Positions 57,903-64,000 of a DNA stretch of 64,000 nucleotides are shown here, one piece after another (within the stretch, counting starts at the first letter, position 1; each line of letters starts with the position of its first letter). Origin of the DNA: Candidatus Poribacteria bacterium (GTDB lineage Bacteria > Poribacteria > WGA-4E > GCA-2687025); the NCBI GenBank assembly GCA_963665845.2, contig OY762492.1, forward strand, positions 2,784,001-2,848,000, written 5' to 3'. The position numbers and the translations under genes are program-made. A model generated the notes under the pieces. It did not search any database and was not told the origin of the DNA. It saw only the letters and a program-made list of their open reading frames with translations.

Positions 57903-58664
57903 TTGAAAGCGTTGAAAAGGTTTGTTTTGGCGTGTTTTGTTTTGGGCGCGGCTGTTTCTGCGGCGGCGGAGATATCGATGGACGATTTTGCCGCTGTCTG
58001 GCTCTTTAACGAGGACGGGCGGGACGCAACGGAGAACGGGTTTCATGCCGAGTTAAACGGCGCGCAGATCAAGAACGGATCGCTCATGCTGGATAAGGGA
58101 AAGTGGGCTGAAGCGGCGAACCAAGCGGCGTTTCAAGCGCAGGGCGGCGTCACGCTCATCGCGCGCGTTTTTCCGACGCAGATCAACCGAGACGACGATT
58201 TTATCGCGCATATGATTCTGGCGAAGGGTAACGAGTATCTGCTGCGCATCGACCCGCCTGACCAAGGCAGCCGCTTCGCCGCGTTTTTCTATCTGGATGA
58301 AAATTGGCGTCCGGAGGCAAGCGCCGTCGCGCCGCAGGAAAATGCGTGGGCGACCGTCGCCGCGACCTATGAACCGACCGAGAACGGCGCCGCAAATGTG
58401 AAGCTGTATGTCGACGGCGAACTGAAGGCGGAGGCGAACCGTCCAGGGATGGTCTTGACGACCGACAACCCTGTAGAGATTGGGCGCTGGCAAGATTTTT
58501 CATATTTTATCGGCGCCATTGACGAAGCGGCGGTCATGACGCGGGCGGCGTCGGCGGAGGAGATCGCGTTTCTCTACAAGATCGGCTTGGAGGCGTTCAG
58601 CCAGGGCCTCGCGGTTGATCCAGCGGGGCGTTTAGCTGTATCATGGGGAAACCTGAAAGAGTGA
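57903..58664 (+). CDS. Secreted LamG-like jellyroll protein with C-terminal motif
   Basis: Signal peptide; AVWLFNE, W..VAATY, KLYVDG, IG...F.GAIDE; ends AVDPAGRLAVSWGNLKE. Confidence 0.88.
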   Translation: MKALKRFVLACFVLGAAVSAAAEISMDDFAAVWLFNEDGRDATENGFHAELNGAQIKNGSLMLDKGKWAEAANQAAFQAQGGVTLIARVFPTQINRDDDFIAHMILAKGNEYLLRIDPPDQGSRFAAFFYLDENWRPEASAVAPQENAWATVAATYEPTENGAANVKLYVDGELKAEANRPGMVLTTDNPVEIGRWQDFSYFIGAIDEAAVMTRAASAEEIAFLYKIGLEAFSQGLAVDPAGRLAVSWGNLKE

Positions 58665-58685
58665 AATGCATGAAGGAGTCGTCAG

Positions 58686-59354
58686 ATGCGCAGGCTTCCG
58701 CCTTATTCAGAAGAAGCGACGGAGGAGATCTGGGAGCGGCTTGACGCGCAGATCGAACGCGCGCGGCAGAAGATCATTGAGCCGGCGCGCGAGCGGCTTG
58801 AACGAGAGGTGGAGCTGCGCGGCGAGACGCTTCATCTATGGGACGAGGGCAGGCTGTTTCGACCGGAGCATCCTGTCACGGTGGATGTGTTCGTCGCCGG
58901 CTTTCCTGAACATCTGATCCGAGCGTTTGCGACGCGGATCATGGGCCTCGGCTTGACATGCAACGGTCAAACGCATAATGCGGACGCGCTGGCGATGCTT
59001 TCGGTGCATCATGCGCGCGTTCTTGTTTGGAACGCGGACAATCGGACGCCTGGGTCGTTTTTCCGTTTGGCGAAGACGCGGCAGCCGCATCTAAAAGGGG
59101 TCGCCATCGGAAACGCGCGCAACCGGACGGTGTTTGAGCGTCTGCAGCGTTCGGGGGCGGCGGCGTTTGTGCCGAATGAGAGCGCGCCGCGCCGTTCCGC
59201 TGAAATGTCGACGCTTGAGCGGTGCGTCATACAGACCTTGACGCGGCGCGAGCGGGTCTGTCCGAATTTTGAGGAGGGGCATCCGTGCCGAGGGGAATGC
59301 GCCAGTTTTGAAGACCCGCCGCGTTTGACCCAATTGAAGCGCATTGCGCATTAG
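58686..59354 (+). CDS. Hypothetical protein with pseudo-receiver-like domain and Cys-rich tail
   Basis: RBS aaggag; CheY-like spacing (ADALAML, VLVWN, QRSGAAAFV); CPNF....C...C tail. Confidence 0.6.
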   Translation: MRRLPPYSEEATEEIWERLDAQIERARQKIIEPARERLEREVELRGETLHLWDEGRLFRPEHPVTVDVFVAGFPEHLIRAFATRIMGLGLTCNGQTHNADALAMLSVHHARVLVWNADNRTPGSFFRLAKTRQPHLKGVAIGNARNRTVFERLQRSGAAAFVPNESAPRRSAEMSTLERCVIQTLTRRERVCPNFEEGHPCRGECASFEDPPRLTQLKRIAH

Positions 59355-59634
59355 AGACGTCGCGCCCACGCAGTCATTCCCGCCCTTGCGGTAAAACGTG
59401 CGGGAATCTAGAGGCGCCGCAGAAGACGTTCGCGTTCGCCAAACAGAATGTCCCCACTAAAAACATGTTGCCGTATGAATTCCGTTTGCGTTAAAATGAT
59501 CATACTTCTGGATGTTCTGTAAGCGGCGGGCGCGCTCGTACGCGGCTCTTCGTTTCGATGGCGTTTCAAAAAAGCGGTTGACGTTTGAGCAGACGGTCAA
59601 CATAGAAATCAGCAGGTCTAACGGAAGGAAAGCA

Positions 59635-61818
59635 ATGAGCGTACGATTGATCACTCGCATGTTCGCGCTGGCGTTGTGTTTTGCAGCCGCCTTGTCGTGC
59701 GGCAAAAAGACCTCTGATCATGAACGTTACGATTCGCTGTTCAGCGGCGCGCGTCTTGAAAATCTGCCCGACGATCTTGAGAAAGACATCCGCAGCTTTT
59801 TGGAAAAGGCGGACGACAAGGCGCTCCGCAGCCGCGCGGCCTACCGATACGGAATGACGCTGGAGCGGCAGGAGCGCTGGGCGGAGGCGTCCGAGGCGTA
59901 TGCGGCGGCGGACGAGGGGGAGTTCCTGCTCCGCGACTTCGCCCGATTTTACCGCGCCAAGGCGGAGCATCAACTCGGCAATTACACCGAAGCGATTCGC
60001 CTTTACCAGTCCATTTTAAACGAGTTCCATGATTTTCCGCTGCCGGCGACAGCGCGCCTTAACATCGGACGCGCCTACTCGGCGGCGGAAGAACATGAGA
60101 AAGCGCTCGCGGTCTTTGAGACGTTGACAGGCGACCCCGATTTTGGACGCAACGCCCGTTTCCGCGTCGGGACAACGCAGACGCTGCTGAACCGCCCGCA
60201 GAAAGCGTTCGAGGCGTTTCAAAAGCTGATTGACGAATCCAGCAGGGACGATTACGCCAAGCGCGCCGTTGAGCAGATTCAGAAGTTGGCGTCTCAACAC
60301 CCTGAACTGAAACTGACCCGCTCCAAAGCGATGGCGCATGGGCGCGTGTTGTATGGACATGGCGACCGAAGCGGCGCCCGCTCCATGTGGCTCTCGGCGG
60401 CGCGCGGACATAACGATGAGATGGCGGCGCAGGCGCGGTATGAGATCGGACGCTCCTATCTGCGCGACCGAGAATACGACAAGGCGATCGAAACGTTTGA
60501 AGCAATCTTGACGCGCGGACATGCCAACTACCGCACGCGGGCGCAGTATCAGCGCATCCTTGCGCACCGGCGGAAAGGTTATAGAACGCGCGCGCTGCAG
60601 CTGTTTCAGGAGTTTGTCGACCAGAACCCGCGCTCAACCTTGATGGACGATGTCCTCATGGAGTATGGATGGACGCTGCGCGACAGCGGCAACTACGCGG
60701 CGGCGAAGGATCAATACGCCAAACTTGCGCGGCGGTATTCGTCCAGCCGCCTCGCGCCGGAAGCGGCATGGATGGCAGCCTGGTGCGAGATTCAGTTGGG
60801 ACGGCACGCGCAGGGACTCGAAACGCTGCATCAGCTGGTGGAGAGCTACGCCGACAGCGACTACGCCGGGCAAGGCATGTTCTGGGTCGGAAAAATGAAC
60901 GAACGCCTTGGGCGATGGGACAAAGCGGCGAAGGCGTACGAAAAAACCCTTGAGAAAAACGCTTGGTATTACGGAGCGCGCGCGGAGGAGCGGCTTCAAG
61001 AAATGGAGCGGGAGGGGCGCGTCAAAAAAGGCAGGATGGAAAAGACGCGCCGCATGATCGCCAAAGCCTCCGTATCGATTGAAGACCTGGAGCGCATGCC
61101 GTATGAACGGGTGACGCTCATGCGCTCGCTGGGCGACCTGGACGCCGCGATTGCCGAGATGACCGCGATGCTGGAAGACAACGACCCTGACAACCGCGCC
61201 CGCCTCTGCTATCATCTGCGGGATGTGTATGAGCAGGCGGGGCAAGGTCACCGCTCCTATCTGATGGCGTACCGTTTTTCGCAGCTGCCTGAAACGCAGT
61301 GGGACCGCGAGACCGCCCCGGTGGAGATCGGAAAGCTGCTTTACCCGATGCCGTATCAGGACGCGATCAACCGCGCGGCGAAGGAGTTCGATGTGGACCC
61401 GCGCTACCTGGCGGCGATGATGCGCGAGGAGAGCCATTTTCGGCGGACAGTCGCCTCTAACGCCGGCGCGAGGGGACTCATGCAGGTCATGCCGGAAACA
61501 GGGCGCTGGATCGCCCAGAATATCGGCATGAAGTCGTTCGATACCAAAATGCTTTTAGACCCAGAGGTGAATATACGGTTTGGGGCATGGTATATTCGTT
61601 TTCTGCTGGATCGTTTTGGGGACGATTTTGCGCTGGTGTCGGGAGCTTACAACGCGGGGGCGGGGCGCATGGGCGAATGGCGCGAGCGTTTTCAGAACAA
61701 CGACCTGGACGAATTCATTGAGCAGCTGCCGTTCGACGAAACGCGGCGGCACATCAAGAAGGTGATGCATACCTACGACGTCTACCGCGCGCTGTACGAC
61801 GACGGCGAGTCAGGATGA
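59635..61818 (+). CDS. slt: Lytic transglycosylase (SLT) lipoprotein with TPR repeats
   Basis: Lipobox ALSC; TPR superhelix; MREESHF, GARGLMQVMPETG, AYNAG, ETRRHIKKV. Confidence 0.93.
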   Translation: MSVRLITRMFALALCFAAALSCGKKTSDHERYDSLFSGARLENLPDDLEKDIRSFLEKADDKALRSRAAYRYGMTLERQERWAEASEAYAAADEGEFLLRDFARFYRAKAEHQLGNYTEAIRLYQSILNEFHDFPLPATARLNIGRAYSAAEEHEKALAVFETLTGDPDFGRNARFRVGTTQTLLNRPQKAFEAFQKLIDESSRDDYAKRAVEQIQKLASQHPELKLTRSKAMAHGRVLYGHGDRSGARSMWLSAARGHNDEMAAQARYEIGRSYLRDREYDKAIETFEAILTRGHANYRTRAQYQRILAHRRKGYRTRALQLFQEFVDQNPRSTLMDDVLMEYGWTLRDSGNYAAAKDQYAKLARRYSSSRLAPEAAWMAAWCEIQLGRHAQGLETLHQLVESYADSDYAGQGMFWVGKMNERLGRWDKAAKAYEKTLEKNAWYYGARAEERLQEMEREGRVKKGRMEKTRRMIAKASVSIEDLERMPYERVTLMRSLGDLDAAIAEMTAMLEDNDPDNRARLCYHLRDVYEQAGQGHRSYLMAYRFSQLPETQWDRETAPVEIGKLLYPMPYQDAINRAAKEFDVDPRYLAAMMREESHFRRTVASNAGARGLMQVMPETGRWIAQNIGMKSFDTKMLLDPEVNIRFGAWYIRFLLDRFGDDFALVSGAYNAGAGRMGEWRERFQNNDLDEFIEQLPFDETRRHIKKVMHTYDVYRALYDDGESG

Positions 61819-64000
61819 GGCGCCGCCGGCGCGCAGCTGCCGTTCGGCGTCAACGACCCCGCGGTTGAGACGGCGCGCCGCTTCGTTCAGCTTCTCGGGC
61901 AGCGTTGGATGTTCGGCGGCGGCGCGCCGCATCTGCCGAAGCAGATCGGAACCGCACCGAAACGCGCGCACAATATCTCCCTCGGAACTGCTGGTATGGT
62001 CAATCAGCTCCTCAAACGCGCAGCCCTGCGACCATGCCAGAACGGCAGAGGTCAACTTGATATCCATCGGCTGCGACAGCGGTTCCACCCCATGCTCCTC
62101 CTCAACGTCGCGCATCTTGTCGATCTCTTTCGCTGCTTCTTTCAGCATGTTTAAAACGGACCTGCCGCCTGCTGTTGGGGACGGGCGGCGAAACCATGCG
62201 TCCCGTTTCGACTCAAAACACATCGCGACCGCCAGCGCGTTCATCGCGTCAGGGTCCGCCTTTTCAAAAAAGCCTGCCAGCAGAAGCTGCGTCACCTGCA
62301 TCTCATATCCATGGACGCGCTTGGCGATCTCGCCTCTCGGCAGCGCCTCCATTCCGTCCACATATCCGAGCGTTTCTAGGACGCGCAGCCGGCTTTCGAT
62401 CTGCTCGCGCTGCCGCCGCGCCGCTTTGTTCATGCGCTCTTTGATCGAGTCGGCTTTCGCGCCGATGCGCTTGTGGGCGGAAAACGCGATCTGGCAATCC
62501 CCAAGATGCGGGCATCCGTGGCACACGGCGTCATGGTACGCCTTTTTGGCGACCGCCTCGGCGCGTTTGAGCCGTTTTAAAGCGCGGTCGCGGCGCGAAC
62601 GTCCATCCCGCCCTCTGTAACGCCGCTTCGCGTCTCGGCGCAAGCCGCTCATCTTGCGCAGCTGTTCACCAACATCGTAATGGATCTCTCGGTATTGACC
62701 GATGGCATGGACAGGGTCATGTCCAAAACGGCACTCCAGCGTCGGAGCCGCCCGCCGCTCCTCTTCCACCGCTTGAAGCTGCTGTCCAAGATGCTGCGCG
62801 ACGGAAGCGTTTTGGTAGTTGCTGAAACTCTGCTCGGCAACCTCAAAGATCATCTCCTCGTACTGCTCTAGCAGGTTCAGAATGCTGGAGTAGGAGAGGT
62901 TGAACTGGCTTTCAATCGGCTCTGGCTTGCCGGTCAGCGTGTGCTGGACGGCGGAGAAGTCGACGGAGCGGGGGTTGACGGAGGCGTAAACATATCCTTT
63001 GGCGTCGATGCCCCGCCTCCCCGCCCGCCCCGCCATTTGTTGATATTCCAGCGCTTTGAGCGGGCGGACCGAGACGCCGTCATATTTTTGCAGGCTCTCA
63101 AAGATCGCCGACCGCGCCGGCATGTTGACGCCGACCGCAAAGGTCTCCGTCGTAAAGAGCAGGCGAACCAAGCCGCGCGTGAAAAGCCGCTCAACCGCCT
63201 CTTTGAGCGTCGGCAGCATCCCAGCGTGATGATACGCGATGCCGCGCTCCAGCAGCGACCGAAACTCTTCGGCGCGCGCGTTGTCGCCGATGTTGAACAT
63301 GCCGCATAGTTCGTCGTACGCTTTCAGCATCTCGCGCGACTCTTCGGTCGTCAAAAAGGAGCCTTCCGATTGAAAGCTGCGGGCGCGCTCTTCGCACCCT
63401 TTTCGGCTGAAGCAAAAGTAAAGCGCGGGGAGTCTGTCATGTTCGCGCAGATCGTCAACCAGCTGCGTTGTGTTGAAGTCGGCGGAGGAGTGTCGGCGGC
63501 GCCCCTTGCTTCCGCGCCGCGCTCTTTCCACCGCCTTTTTGAGGTCGTTGATCGAACCGGCGCCCTGTTTCGGCATATAGACGACATGCTCAAGCGGAAC
63601 GGGGCGCTTCGTTTCAGAGACGACGCGCAGCGGAAGGTCGCGCGCGCTTTGAATCCACCCCGCAAACTGTTCGAGGTTCGGTATCGTCGCGCTGAGGCAA
63701 ACGATCTGCATGGCTTGCGGGGCGAAGATGATCGACTCTTCCCAGACGGTTCCGCGTTCGATGTCGTTGATAAAATGGATCTCGTCGAAGATGACGCATT
63801 CGACGTTTTGCAGCTGGCGCGCGTTTTCAAAGACCGCGTTTCGAAAGATTTCGGTCGTCATGGCGAGCAGCGGCGCATGCGGGTTCAGGACGACGTCGCC
63901 TGTGACGATGCCGACGTTTTCGTCTCCGAAGGCGGCTCTAAAATCGCGGTATTTTTGGTTGCTGAGCGCTTTGATGGGGGCGGTGTAGATGACGCGCTTG
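61810..64000 (-). CDS. Ski2-like DExH RNA helicase (HelY type), 5' end beyond window
   Basis: YTAPIKALSNQKY at the edge; FDEIH, LSAT, HHAGMLP, TETFAVGVNMPAR, QMAGRAGRRG, DSHCT-like EGDIVR. Confidence 0.94.
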   Translation of the reverse strand, partial: KRVIYTAPIKALSNQKYRDFRAAFGDENVGIVTGDVVLNPHAPLLAMTTEIFRNAVFENARQLQNVECVIFDEIHFINDIERGTVWEESIIFAPQAMQIVCLSATIPNLEQFAGWIQSARDLPLRVVSETKRPVPLEHVVYMPKQGAGSINDLKKAVERARRGSKGRRRHSSADFNTTQLVDDLREHDRLPALYFCFSRKGCEERARSFQSEGSFLTTEESREMLKAYDELCGMFNIGDNARAEEFRSLLERGIAYHHAGMLPTLKEAVERLFTRGLVRLLFTTETFAVGVNMPARSAIFESLQKYDGVSVRPLKALEYQQMAGRAGRRGIDAKGYVYASVNPRSVDFSAVQHTLTGKPEPIESQFNLSYSSILNLLEQYEEMIFEVAEQSFSNYQNASVAQHLGQQLQAVEEERRAAPTLECRFGHDPVHAIGQYREIHYDVGEQLRKMSGLRRDAKRRYRGRDGRSRRDRALKRLKRAEAVAKKAYHDAVCHGCPHLGDCQIAFSAHKRIGAKADSIKERMNKAARRQREQIESRLRVLETLGYVDGMEALPRGEIAKRVHGYEMQVTQLLLAGFFEKADPDAMNALAVAMCFESKRDAWFRRPSPTAGGRSVLNMLKEAAKEIDKMRDVEEEHGVEPLSQPMDIKLTSAVLAWSQGCAFEELIDHTSSSEGDIVRAFRCGSDLLRQMRRAAAEHPTLPEKLNEAARRLNRGVVDAERQLRAGGASS

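Overview
GC-rich bacterial chromosomal window, about 45 genes, with no rRNA, tRNA or CRISPR seen. The lineage is inferred, not proven, to be Candidatus Poribacteria-like. The clues are secreted WD40 proteins with QWNLPEGAxARFGKG and LLANYPNPFNPETWIP motifs, C-terminal VDPxGKLAxxWxNLK tails, and many PhyH, sulfatase and Gfo/Idh/MocA genes. Housekeeping genes: pheT, acs, miaB, smpB, amtB, coaX, pgl, an ECF sigma/anti-sigma pair, a lytic transglycosylase and a Ski2-like helicase. Glycan and host-interaction genes: M60 peptidase, GH29 fucosidase, L-fuconate dehydratase, sulfatase, alpha-2-macroglobulin, and TPR/WD40/LamG/cohesin-PKD proteins. Two defence-type inserts are present (ABC-type ATPase plus a PD-(D/E)xK-like partner; GmrSD-like DUF262-DUF1524), along with a frameshifted IS1595 element. 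Intergenic DNA is dominated by four short repeat families assembled into ordered composite modules. Best candidates for novelty: (1) a TlpA/TlpA/Cys-tailed lipoprotein/beta-barrel envelope redox operon with a visible duplication-fusion junction; (2) the ATPase-nuclease pair; (3) a shared C-terminal sorting-like motif; (4) a promoter-driven four-hairpin RNA candidate at 4110-4366; (5) an A2M with a pseudopilin-like insert; (6) the composite repeat/MITE system. All family calls come from motif recognition by eye; no searches were run.
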